Shown: one piece after another, positions 1-12,600 of the stretch | Numbering within the stretch: position 1 is the first letter of the stretch | Layout: each line of letters starts with the position of its first letter | Source: Auanema rhodensis | Taxonomy: Eukaryota > Animalia > Nematoda | NCBI GenBank assembly: GCA_964057225.1 | Contig: OZ059894.1 | Coordinates: forward strand, 1,798,001 to 1,862,000 | Direction of reading: 5' to 3' | Length of the DNA stretch: 64,000 nucleotides | Made by a program: the position numbers and the translations under genes | Notes under the pieces: model-generated | Databases searched by the model: none | Told to the model about the DNA's origin: nothing | The model's input: only the letters and a program-made list of their open reading frames with translations

Positions 1-4
1 GTGC

Positions 5-55
5 ATTTTTAAGCTAGCGCAAATCTGATAACACAGATCGACGCAGCTTGAAAAT
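5..55. other. Nested imperfect inverted repeat (hairpin 1), present in every monomer
   Basis: ATTTTTAAGCT(5-15)/AGCTTGAAAAT(45-55) with one T:G pair; GCG(17-19)/CGC(42-44); ATCTG(23-27)/CAGAT(34-38); loop ATAACA. GTGCATT(1-7)/AATGCAC(64-70) is an additional outer or alternative pairing. Confidence 0.85.
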
Positions 56-137
56 CCGCATCGAATGCACTATACTACTTTGAGAAACGCTTAATACAAA
101 AATTAGTTATGATCGTTTGAAAAATGATGCATTAGTG

Positions 138-167
138 TATGTTGAGTTTCCATGTACACTCAACATA
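138..167. other. Perfect 10-bp inverted repeat (hairpin 2), present in most monomers
   Basis: TATGTTGAGT(138-147) is the exact reverse complement of ACTCAACATA(158-167); 10-nt loop TTCCATGTAC. Confidence 0.92.
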
Positions 168-173
168 GCTTCC

Positions 174-239
174 AAAAACATTTTGACAAAATTTTTTTCG
201 AAAAATTTCAAAATAATTTAGCAGAAAGTAGATGTTTTT
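174..239. other. A/T-tract palindromic region centred on TTTTTCGAAAAA, enclosed by an 8-bp inverted repeat
   Basis: TTTTTCGAAAAA(194-205) is a perfect palindrome; ATTTTGA(180-186)/TCAAAAT(208-214); AAAAACAT(174-181)/ATGTTTTT(232-239). Confidence 0.75.
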
Positions 240-316
240 AGATTCCTTTTTTCAAGGCAAAGACGATGGACAATGTTATTCAACGAAAAAATTAATTCTT
301 CAGGGTGAAAATCGAG

Positions 317-338
317 GATATAAGTGTGAACTTATATC
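317..338. other. Perfect 9-bp stem with a 4-nt GTGA loop (hairpin 4), present in most monomers
   Basis: GATATAAGT(317-325) GTGA ACTTATATC(330-338). It overlaps a second dyad, ATATCA-GT-TGATAT(334-347), and is flanked by CGAG(313-316)/CTCG(348-351). Confidence 0.92.
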
Positions 339-702
339 AGTTGATATCTCGGTGCATTTTTAAGCTAGCGCAAATCTGATAACACAGATCGACGCAGCTT
401 GAAAATCCGCATCGAATGCACTATACTACATTGAGAAACGCTTAATACAAAAATTAGTTATGATCGTTTGAAAAATGATGCATTAGTGTATGTTGAGTTT
501 CCACGTACACTCAACATTGCTTCCAAAAACATTTTGACAAAAATTTTTTCGAAAAATTTCAAATTAATTTAGCAGAAAGTATATGTTTTTAGATTTCTTT
601 TTTCAAGGCAAAGACGATGGACAATGTTATTCAACGAAAAAATTAATTCTTCAGGGTGAAAATCGAGGATATAAGTGTGAACTTATATCAGATGATATCT
701 CG

Positions 703-2808
703 GTGCATTTTTAAGCTAGCGCAAATCTGATAACACAGATCGACGCAGCTTGAAAATCCGCATCGAATGCACTATACTACATTGAGGAACGCTTAATACA
801 AAAATTAGTTATGATCGTTTGAAAAATGATGCATTAGTGTATGTTGAGTTTCCATGTACACTCAACATAGCTTCCAAAAACATTTTGACAAAAATTTTTT
901 CGAAAAATTTCAAAATAATTTAGCAGAAAGTAGATGTTTTTAGATTCCTTTTTTTAAGGCAAAGACGATGGACAATGTTATTCAACGAAAAAATTAATTC
1001 TTCAGGGTGAAAATCGAGGATATAAGTGTGAACATATATCAGTTGATATCTCGGTGCATTTTTAAGCTAGCGCAAATCTGATAACACAGATCGACGCAGC
1101 TTGAAAATCCGCATCGAATGCACTATACTACTTTGAGAAACGCTTAATACAAAAATCAGTTATGATCGTTTGAAAAATGATGCATTAGTGTATGTTGAGT
1201 TTCCATGTACACTCAACATTGCTTCCAAAAACATTTTGACAAAAATTTTTTCGAAAAATTTCAAGATAATTTAGCAAAAAGTAGATGTTTTTAGATTCCT
1301 TTTTTTAAGGCGAAGACGATGGACAATGTTATTCAACGAAAAAATTAATTCTTCAGGGTGAAAATCGAGGATATAAGTGTGAACTTATATCAGTTGATAT
1401 CTCGGTGCATTTTTAAGCTAGCGCAAATCTGATAACACAGATCGACGCAGCTTGAAAATCCGCATCGAATGCACTATACTACATTGAGAAACGCTTAATA
1501 CAAAAATTAGTTATGATCGTTTGAAAAATGATGCATTAGTGTATGTTGAGTTTCCATGTACACTCAACATAGCTTCCAAAAACATTTTGACAAAAATTTT
1601 TTCGAAAAATTTCAAAATAATTTAGCAGAAAGTAGATGTTTTTAGATTCCTTTTTTTAAGGCAAAGACGATGGACAATGTTATTCAACGAAAAAATTAAT
1701 TCTTCAGGGTGAAAATCGAGGATATAAGTGTGAACATATATCAGTTGATATCTCGGTGCATTTTTAAGCTAGCGCAAATCTGATAACACAGATCGACGCA
1801 GCTTGAAAATCCGCATCGAATGCACTATACTACTTTGAGAAACGCTTAATACAAAAATCAGTTATGATCGTTTGAAAAATGATGCATTAGTGTATGTTGA
1901 GTTTCCATGTACACTCAACATTGCTTCCAAAAACATTTTGACAAAAATTTTTTCGAAAAATTTCAAGATAATTTAGCAAAAAGTAGATGTTTTTAGATTC
2001 CTTTTTTTAAGGCGAAGACGATGGACAATGTTATTCAACGAAAAAATTAATTCTTCAGGGTGAAAATCGAGGATATAAGTGTGAACTTATATCAGTTGAT
2101 ATCTCGGTGCATTTTTAAGCTAGCGCAAATCTGATAACACAGATCGACGCAGCTTGAAAATCCGCATCGAATGCACTATACTACATTGAGGAACGCTTAA
2201 TACAAAAATTAGTTATGATCGTTTGAAAAATGATGCATTAGTGTATGTTGAGTTTCCATGTACACTCAACATAGCTTCCAAAAACATTTTGACAAAAATT
2301 TTTTCGAAAAATTTCAAAATAATTTAGCAGAAAGTAGATGTTTTTAGATTCCTTTTTTTAAGGCAAAGACGATGGACAATGTTATTCAACGAAAAAATTA
2401 ATTCTTCAGGGTGAAAATCGAGGATATAAGTGTGAACATATATCAGTTGATATCTCGGTGCATTTTTAAGCTAGCGCAAATCTGATAACACAGATCGACG
2501 CAGCTTGAAAATCCGCATCGAATGCACTATACTACTTTGAGAAACGCTTAATACAAAAATCAGTTATGATCGTTTGAAAAATGATGCATTAGTGTATGTT
2601 GAGTTTCCATGTACACTCAACATTGCTTCCAAAAACATTTTGACAAAAATTTTTTCGAAAAATTTCAAGATAATTTAGCAAAAAGTAGATGTTTTTAGAT
2701 TCCTTTTTTCAAGGCGAAGACGATGGACAATGTTATTCAACGAAAAAATTAATTCTTCAGGGTGAAAATCGAGGATATAAGTGTGAACTTATATCAGTTG
2801 ATATCTCG
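703..2808. repeat. 702-bp dimeric higher-order repeat x3 (a further copy at 3160-3861)
   Basis: Copies 3/5/7 carry AACATATATC; copies 4/6/8 carry AAATCAGTT, ACATTGC, CAAGATAA, GCAAAAAG and GGCGAAG. Confidence 0.85.
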
Positions 2809-3861
2809 GTGCATTTTTAAGCTAGCGCAAATCTGATAACACAGATCGACGCAGCTTGAAAATCCGCATCGAATGCACTATACTACTTTGAGAAACGCTT
2901 AATACAAAAATTAGTTATGATCGTTTGAAAAATGATGCATTAGTGTATGTTGAGTTTCCATGTACACTCAACATAGCTTCCAAAAACATTTTGACAAAAT
3001 TTTTTTCGAAAAATTTCAAAACAATTTAGCAGAAAGTAGATGTTTTTAGATTCCTTTTTTTAAGGCAAAGACGACGGACAATGTTATTCAACGAAAAAAT
3101 TAATTCTTCAGGGTGAAAATCGAGGATATAAGTGTGAACTTATATCAGTTGATATCTCGGTGCATTTTTAAGCTAGCGCAAATCTGATAACACAGATCGA
3201 CGCAGCTTGAAAATCCGCATCGAATGCACTATACTACTTTGAGAAACGCTTAATACAAAAATTAGTTATGATCGTTTGAAAAATGATGCATTAGTGTATG
3301 TTGAGTTTCCATGTACACTTAACATAGCTTCCAAAAACATTTTGACAAAAATTTTTTCGAAAAATTTCAAAATAATTTAGCAGAAAGTAGATGTTTTTAG
3401 ATTCCTTTTTTTAAGGCAAAGACGATGGACAATGTTATTCAACGAAAAAATTAATTCTTCAGGGTGAAAATCGAGGATATAAGTGTGAACATATATCAGT
3501 TGATATCTCGGTGCATTTTTAAGCTAGCGCAAATCTGATAACACAGATCGACGCAGCTTGAAAATCCGCATCGAATGCACTATACTACTTTGAGAAACGC
3601 TTAATACAAAAATCAGTTATGATCGTTTGAAAAATGATGCATTAGTGTATGTTGAGTTTCCATGTACACTCAACATTGCTTCCAAAAACATTTTGACAAA
3701 AATTTTTTCGAAAAATTTCAAGATAATTTAGCAAAAAGTAGATGTTTTTAGATTCCTTTTTTCAAGGCGAAGACGATGGACAATGTTATTCAACGAAAAA
3801 ATTAATTCTTCAGGGTGAAAATCGAGGATATATGTGTGAACTTATATCAGTTGATATCTCG

Positions 3862-6669
3862 GTGCATTTTTAAGCTAGCGCAAATCTGATAACACAGATC
3901 GACGCAGCTTGAAAATCCGCATCGAATGCACTATACTACTTTGAGAAACGCTTAATACAAAAATTAGTTATGATCGTTTGAAAAATGATGCATTAGTGTA
4001 TGTTGAGTTTCCATGTACACTCAACATAGCTTCCAAAAACATTTTGACAAAATTTTTTTCGAAAAATTTCAAAATAATTTAGCAGAAAGTAGATGTTTTT
4101 AGATTCCTTTTTTTAAGGCAAAGACGACGGACAATGTTATTCAACGAAAAAATTAATTCTTCAGGGTGAAAATCGAGGATATAAGTGTGAACTTATATCA
4201 GTTGATATCTCGGTGCATTTTTAAGCTAGCGCAAATCTGATAACACAGATCGACGCAGCTTGAAAATCCGCATCGAATGCACTATACTACTTTGAGAAAC
4301 GCTTAATACAAAAATTAGTTATGATCGTTTGAAAAATGATGCATTAGTGTATGTTGAGTTTCCATGTACACTCAACATAGCTTCCAAAAACATTTTGACA
4401 AAAATTTTTTCGAAAAATTTCAAAATAATTTAGCAGAAAGTAGATGTTTTTAGATTCCTTTTTTTAAGGCAAAGACGATAGACAATGTTATTCAACGAAA
4501 AAATTAATTCTTCAGGGTGAAAATCGAGGATATAAGTGTGAACTTATATCACTTGATATCTCGGTGCATTTTTAAGCTAGCGCAAATCTGATAACACAGA
4601 TCGACGCAGCTTGAAAATCCGCCTCGAATGCATTATACTACTTTGAGAAACGCTTAATACAAAAATTAGTTATGATCGTTTGAAAAATGATGCATTAGTG
4701 TATGTTGAGTTTCCATGTACACTCAACATAGCTTCCAAAAACATTTTGACAAAATTTTTTTCGAAAAATTTCAAAATAATTTAGCAGAAAGTAGATGTTT
4801 TTAGATTCCTTTTTTTAAGGCAAAGACGACGGACAATGTTATTCAACGAAAAAATTAATTCTTCAGGGTGAAAATCGAGGATATAAGTGTGAACTTATAT
4901 CAGTTGATATCTCGGTGCATTTTTAAGCTAGCGCAAATCTGATAACACAGATCGACGCAGCTTGAAAATCCGCATCGAATGCACTATACTACTTTGAGAA
5001 ACGCTTAATACAAAAATTAGTTATGATCGTTTGAAAAATGATGCATTAGTGTATGTTGAGTTTCCATGTACACTCAACATAGCTTCCAAAAACATTTTGA
5101 CAAAAATTTTTTCGAAAAATTTCTAAATAATTTAGCAAAAAGTAGATGTTTTTAGATTCCTTTTTTTAAGGCAAAGACGATAGACAATGTTATTCAACGA
5201 AAAAATTAATTCTTCAGGGTGAAAATCGAGGATATAAGTGTGAACTTATATCAGTTGATATCTCGGTGCATTTTTAAGCTAGCGCAAATCTGATAACACA
5301 GATCGACGCAGCTTGAAAATCCGCATCGAATGCACTATACTACTTTGAGAAACGCTTAATACAAAAATTAGTTATGATCGTTTGAAAAATGATGCATTAG
5401 TGTATGTTGAGTTTCCATGTACACTCAACATAGCTTCCAAAAACATTTTGACAAAATTTTTTTCGAAAAATTTCAAAATAATTTAGCAGAAAGTAGATGT
5501 TTTTAGATTCCTTTTTTTAAGGCAAAGACGACGGACAATGTTATTCAACGAAAAAATTAATTCTTCAGGGTGAAAATCGAGGATATAAGTGTGAACTTAT
5601 ATCAGTTGATATCTCGGTGCATTTTTAAGCTAGCGCAAATCTGATAACACAGATCGACGCAGCTTGAAAATCCGCATCGAATGCACTATACTACTTTGAG
5701 AAACGCTTAATACAAAAATTAGTTATGATCGTTTGAAAAATGATGCATTAGTGTATGTTGAGTTTCCATGTACACTCAACATAGCTTCCAAAAACATTTT
5801 GACAAAAATTTTTTCGAAAAATTTCAAAATAATTTAGCAGAAAGTAGATGTTTTTAGATTCCTTTTTTTAAGGCAAAGACGATAGACAATGTTATTCAAC
5901 GAAAAAATTAATTCTTCAGGGTGAAAATCGAGGATATAAGTGTGAACTTATATCACTTGATATCTCGGTGCATTTTTAAGCTAGCGCAAATCTGATAACA
6001 CAGATCGACGCAGCTTGAAAATCCGCCTCGAATGCATTATACTACTTTGAGAAACGCTTAATACAAAAATTAGTTATGATCGTTTGAAAAATGATGCATT
6101 AGTGTATGTTGAGTTTCCATGTACACTCAACATAGCTTCCAAAAACATTTTGACAAAATTTTTTTCGAAAAATTTCAAAATAATTTAGCAGAAAGTAGAT
6201 GTTTTTAGATTCCTTTTTTTAAGGCAAAGACGACGGACAATGTTATTCAACGAAAAAATTAATTCTTCAGGGTGAAAATCGAGGATATAAGTGTGAACTT
6301 ATATCAGTTGATATCTCGGTGCATTTTTAAGCTAGCGCAAATCTGATAACACAGATCGACGCAGCTTGAAAATCCGCATCGAATGCACTATACTACTTTG
6401 AGAAACGCTTAATACAAAAATTAGTTATGATCGTTTGAAAAATGATGCATTAGTGTATGTTGAGTTTCCATGTACACTCAACATAGCTTCCAAAAACATT
6501 TTGACAAAAATTTTTTCGAAAAATTTCTAAATAATTTAGCAAAAAGTAGATGTTTTTAGATTCCTTTTTTTAAGGCAAAGACGATAGACAATGTTATTCA
6601 ACGAAAAAATTAATTCTTCAGGGTGAAAATCGAGGATATAAGTGTGAACTAATATCAGTTGATATCTCG
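3862..6669. repeat. 1404-bp tetramer tandem duplication
   Basis: The private variant GCCTCG occurs at 4623 and 6027 (1404 bp apart), with the same order of four monomer types in copies 12-15 and 16-19. Confidence 0.88.
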
Positions 6670-9600
6670 GTGCATTTTTAAGCTAGCGCAAATCTGATAA
6701 CACAGATCGACGCAGCTTGAAAATCCGCATCGAATGCACTATACTACTTTGAGAAACGCTTAATACAAAAATTAGTTATGATCGTTTGAAAAATGATGCA
6801 TTAGTGTATGTTGAGTTTCCATGTACACTCAACATAGCTTCCAAAAACATTTTGACAAAAATTTTTTCGAAAAATTTCAAAATAATTTAGCAGAAAGTAG
6901 ATGTTTTTAGATTCCTTTTTTTAAGGCAAAGACGATAGACAATGTTATTCAACGAAAAAATTAATTCTTCAGGGTGAAAATCGAGGATATAAGTGTGAAC
7001 TTATATCACTTGATATCTCGGTGCATTTTTAAGCTAGCGCAAATCTGATAACACAGATCGACGCAGCTTGAAAATCCGCATCGAATGCACTATACTACTT
7101 TGAGAAACGCTTAATACAAAAATTAGTTATGATCGTTTGAAAAATGATGCATTAGTGTATGTTGAGTTTCCATGTACACTCAACATAGCTTCCAAAAACA
7201 TTTTGACAAAATTTTTTTCGAAAAATTTCAAAATAATTTAGCAGAAAGTAGATGTTTTTAGATTCCTTTTTTTAAGGCAATGACGACGGACAATGTTATT
7301 CAACGAAAAAATTAATTCTTCAGGGTGAAAATCGAGGATATAAGTGTGAACTTATATCAGTTGATATCTCGGTGCATTTTTAAGCTAGCGCAAATCTGAT
7401 AACACAGATCGACGCAGCTGGAAAATCCGCATCGAATGCACTATACTACTTTGAGAAACGCTTAATACAAAAATTAGTTATGATCGTTTGAAAAATGATG
7501 CATTAGTGTATGTTGAGTTTCCATGTACACTCAACATAGCTTCCAAAAACATTTTGACAAAAATTTTTTCGAAAAATTTCTAAATAATTTAGCAGAAAGT
7601 AGATGTTTTCAGATTCCTTTTTTTAAGGCAAAGACGATGGACAATGTTATTCAACGAAAAAATTAATTCTTCAGGGTGAAAATCGAGGATATAAGTGTGA
7701 ACTTATATCAGTTGATATCTCGGTGCATTTTTAAGCTAGCGCAAATCTGATAACACAGATCGACGCAGCTTGAAAATCCGCATCGAATGCATTATACTAC
7801 TTTGAGAAACGCTTAATACAAAAATTAGTTATGATCGTTTGAAAAATGATGCATTAGTGTATGTTGAGTTTCCATGTACACTCAACATAGCTTCCAAAAA
7901 CATTTTGACAAAAATTTTTTCGAAAAATTTCAAAATAATTTAGCAGAAAGTAGATGTTTTTAGATTCCTTTTTTCAAGGCAAAGACGATGGACAATGTTA
8001 TTCAACGAAAAAATTAATTCTTCAGGGTGAAAATCGAGGATATAAGTGTGAACTTATATCAGTTGATATCTCGGTGCATTTTTAAGCTAGCGCAAATCTG
8101 ATAACACAGATCGACGCAGCTTGAAAATCCGCATCGAATGCACTATACTACTTTGAGAAACGCTTAATACAAAAATTAGTTATGATCGTTTGAAAAATGA
8201 TGCATTAGTGTATGTTGAGTTTCCATGTACACTCAACATAGCTTCCAAAAACATTTTGACAAAAATTTTTTCGAAAAATTTCTAAATAATTTAGCAAAAA
8301 GTAGATGTTTTTAGATTCCTTTTTTTAAGGCAAAGACGATAGACAATGTTATTCAACGAAAAAATTAATTCTTCAGGGTGAAAATCGAGGATATAAGTGT
8401 GAACTTATATCAGTTGATATCTCGGTGCATTTTTAAGCTAGCGCAAATCTGATAACACAGATCGACGCAGCTTGAAAATCCGCATCGAATGCATTATACT
8501 ACTTTGAGAAACGCTTAATACAAAAATTAGTTATGATCGTTTGAAAAATGATGCATTAGTGTATGTTGAGTTTCCATGTACACTCAACATAGCTTCCAAA
8601 AACATTTTGACAAAAATTTTTTCGAAAAATTTCAAAATAATTTAGCAGAAAGTAGATGTTTTTAGATTCCTTTTTTTAAGGCGAAGACGATGGACATTGT
8701 TATTCAACGAAAAAATTAATTCTTCAGGGTGAAAATCGAGGATATATGTGTGAACTTATATCAGTTGATATCTCGGTGCATTTTTAAGCTAGCGCAAATC
8801 TGATAACACAGATCGACGCAGCTTGAAAATCCGCATCGAATGCACTATACTACATTGAGAAACGCTTAATACAAAAATTAGTTATGATCGTTTGAAAAAT
8901 GATGCATTAGTGTATGTTGAGTTTCCATGTACACTCAACATAGCTTCCAAAAACATTTTGACAAAAATTTTTTCGAAAAATTTCAAAATAATTTAGCAGA
9001 AAGTAGATGTTTTTAGATTCTTTTTTTTAAGGCAAAGACGATGGACAATGTTATTTAACGAAAAAATTAATTCTTCAGGGTGAAAATCGAGGATATAAGT
9101 GTGAACTTATATCAGTTGATATCTCGGTGCATTTTTAAGCTAGCGCAAATCTGATAACACAGATCGACGCAGCTTGAAAATCCGCATCGAATGCACTATA
9201 CTACTTTGAGAAACGCTTAATACAAAAATTAGTTATGATCGTTTGAAAAATGATGCATTAGTGTATGTTGAGTTTCCATGTACACTCAACATAGCTTCCA
9301 AAAACATTTTGACAAAAATTTTTTCGAAAAATTTCAAAATAATTTAGCAAAAAGTAGATGTTTTTAGATTCCTTTTTTTCAAGGCAAAGACGATGGACAA
9401 TGTTATTCAACGAAAAAATTAATTCTTCAGGGTGAAAATCGAGGATATAAGTGTGAACTTATATCAGTTGATATCTCGGTGCATTTTTAAGCTAGCGCAA
9501 ATCTGATAACACAGATCGACGCAGCTTGAAAATCCGCATCGAATGCACTATACTACTTTGAGAAACGCTTAATACAAAAATTAGTTATGATCGTTTGAAA

Positions 9601-12600
9601 AATGATGCATTAGTGTATGTTGAGTTTCCATGTACACTCAACATTGCTTCCAAAAACATTTTGACAAAAATTTTTTCGAAAAATTTCAAATTAATTTAGC
9701 AGAAAGTATATGTTTTTAGATTCCTTTTCTCAAGGCAAAGACGATGGACAATGTTATTCAACGAAAAAATTAATTCTTCAGGGTGAAAATCGAGGATATA
9801 TGTGTGAATTTATATCAGTTGATATCTCGGTGCATTTTTAAGCTAGCGCAAATCTGATAACACAGATCGACGCAGCTTGAAAATCCGCATTGAATGCACT
9901 ATACTACATTGAGGAACGCTTAATACAAAAATTAGTTATGATCGTTTGAAAAATGATGCATTAGTGTATGTTGAGTTTCCATGTACACTCAACATAGCTT
10001 CCAAAAACATTTTGACAAAAATTTTTTCGAAAAATTTCAAAATAATTAAGCAGAAAGTAGATGTTTTTAGATTCCTTTTTTTAAGGCAAAGACGATGGAC
10101 AATGTTATTCAACGAAAAAATTAATTCTTCAGGGTGAAAATCGAGGATATAAGTGTGAACTTATATCAGTTGATATCTCGGTGCATTTTTAAGCTAGCGC
10201 AAATCTGATAACACAGATCGACGCAGCTTGAAAATCCGCATCGAATGCACTATACTACATTGAGGAACGCTTAATACAAAAATTAGTTATGATCGTTTGA
10301 AAAATGATGCATTAGTGTATGTTTAGTTTCCATGTACACTCAACATAGCTTCCAAAAACATTTTGACAAAATTTTTTTCGAAAAATTTCAAAATAATTTA
10401 GCAGAAAGTAGATGTTTTTAGATTCCTTTTTTTAAGGCAAAGACGACGGACAATGTTATTCAACGAAAAAATTAATTCTTCAGGGTGAAAATCGAGGATA
10501 TAAGTGTGAACTTATATCAGTTGATATCTCGGTGCATTTTTAAGCTAGCGCAAATCTGATAACACAGATCGACGCAGCTTGAAAATCCGCATCGAATGCA
10601 CTATACTACATTGAGGAACGCTTAATACAAAAATTAGTTATGATCGTTTGAAAAATGATGCATTAGTGTATGTTGAGTTTCCATGTACACTCAACATAGC
10701 TTCCAAAAACATTTTGACAAAAATTTTTTCGAAAAATTTCAAAATAATTTAGCAGAAAGTAGATGTTTTTAGATTCCTTTTTTTAAGGCAAAGACGATGG
10801 ACAATGTTATTCAACGAAAAAATTAATTCTTCAGGGTGAAAATCGAGGATATAAGTGTGAACTTATATCAGTTGATATCTCGGTGCATTTTTAAGCTAGC
10901 GCAAATCTGATAACACAGATCGACGCAGCTTGAAAATCCGCATCGAATGCACTATACTACATTGAGAAACGCTTAATACAAAAATTAGTTATGATCGTTT
11001 GAAAAATGATGCATTAGTGTATGTTGAGTTTCCATGTACACTCAACATTGCTTCCAAAAACATTTTGACAAAAATTTTTTCGAAAAATTTCAAATTAATT
11101 TAGCAGAAAGTATATGTTTTTAGATTCCTTTTTTCAAGGCAAAGACGATGGACAATGTTATTCAACGAAAAAATTAATTCTTCAGGGTGAAAATCGAGGA
11201 TATAAGTGTGAACTTATATCAGTTGATATCTCGGTGCATTTTTAAGCTAGCGCAAATCTGATAACACAGATCGACGCAGCTTGAAAATCCGCATCGAATG
11301 CACTATACTACTTTGAGAAACGCTTAATACAAAAATTAGTTATGATCGTTTGAAAAATGATGCATTAGTGTATGTTGAGTTTCCATGTACACTCAACATT
11401 GCTTCCAAAAACATTTTGACAAAAATTTTTTCGAAAAATTTCAAATTAATTTAGCAGAAAGTATATGTTTTTAGATTCCTTTTTTCAAGGCAAAGACGAT
11501 GGACAATGTTATTCAACGAAAAAATTAATTCTTCAGGGTGAAAATCGAGGATATAAGTGTGAACTTATATCAGTTGATATCTCGGTGCATTTTTAAGCTA
11601 GCGCAAATCTGATAACACAGATCGACGCAGCTTGAAAATCCGCATCGAATGCACTATACTACATTGAGGAACGCTTAATACAAAAATTAGTTATGATCGT
11701 TTGAAAAATGATGCATTAGTGTATGTTCAGTTTCCATGTACACTCAACATAGCTTCCAAAAACATTTTGACAAAAATTTTTTCGAAAAATTTCAAAATAA
11801 TTTAGCAGAAAGTAGATGTTTTTAGATTCCTTTTTTTAAGGCAAAGACGATGGACAATGTTATTCAACGAAAAAATTAATTCTTCAGGGTGAAAATCGAG
11901 GATATAAGTGTGAACTTATATCAGTTGATATCTCGGTGCATTTTTAAGCTAGCGCAAATTTGATAACACAGATCGACGCAGCTTGAAAATCCGCATCGAA
12001 TGCACTATACTACATTGAGGAACGCTTAATACAAAAATTAGTTATGATCGTTTGAAAAATGATGCATTAGTGTATGTTGAGTTTCCATGTACACTCAACA
12101 TAGCTTCCAAAAACATTTTGACAAAAATTTTTTCGAAAAATTTCAAAATAATTTAGCAGAAAGTAGATGTTTTTAGATTCCTTTTTTTAAGTCAAAGACG
12201 ATGGACAATGTTATTCAACGAAAAAATTAATTCTTCAGGGTGAAAATCGAGGATATAAGTGTGAATTTATATCAGTTGATATCTCGGTGCATTTTTAAGC
12301 TAGCGCAAATCTGATAACACAGATCGACGCAGCTTGAAAATCCGCATTGAATGCACTATACTTCATTGAGGAACACTTAATACAAAAATTAGTTATGATC
12401 GTTTGAAAAATGATGCATTAGTGTATGTTGAGTTTCCATGTACACTCAACATAGCTTCCAAAAACATTTTGACAAAAATTTTTTCGAAAAATTTCGAAAT
12501 AATTTAGCAAAAAGTAGATGTTTTTAGATTCCTTTTTTTAAGGCAAAGACGATGGACAATGTTATTCAACGAAAAAATTAATTCTTCAGGGTGAAAATCG

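Larger units (their letters stand above)
1..351. repeat. Reference monomer (copy 1; phase is arbitrary and set by the window start)
   Basis: The sequence restarts at 352 with GTGCATTTT. Confidence 0.98.

Noticed and set aside
194-213. CENP-B box
   Set aside because: TTCG...A is present, but the required CGGG part of the motif is absent.
25-303. Satellite-encoded hammerhead ribozyme
   Set aside because: The plus strand has CTGATAA (25-31), not the CUGANGA core. The minus strand has CTGAAGA (complement of 297-303), but no stem II followed by GAAA in the required geometry. An Infernal/Rfam scan of a dimer would settle this.
1-351. 5S rRNA, tRNA, snRNA or spliced-leader tandem gene array
   Set aside because: No recognisable conserved RNA gene sequence, cloverleaf or convincing Pol III A/B boxes on either strand.
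1-351. Monomer as an ancient dimer of ~175-bp halves
   Set aside because: No collinear similarity between halves was visible, only short shared words such as TGAAAATC (49, 306) and CGAAAAA (199, 284).
317-368. Helitron 3' end or MITE origin (hairpin followed by CTAG)
   Set aside because: The hairpin is AT-rich and about 26 nt upstream of CTAG, and no termini, target-site duplications or coding remnants lie in the window. A transposon origin cannot be excluded but is unsupported here.
9946-10137. 63-aa ORF from the ORF track
   Set aside because: It starts at TTG inside copy 29 and exists only because a T>A at 10048 changes the TAG stop found in other copies to AAG. The K/F/N-rich translation reflects A/T tracts and shows no recognisable domain.
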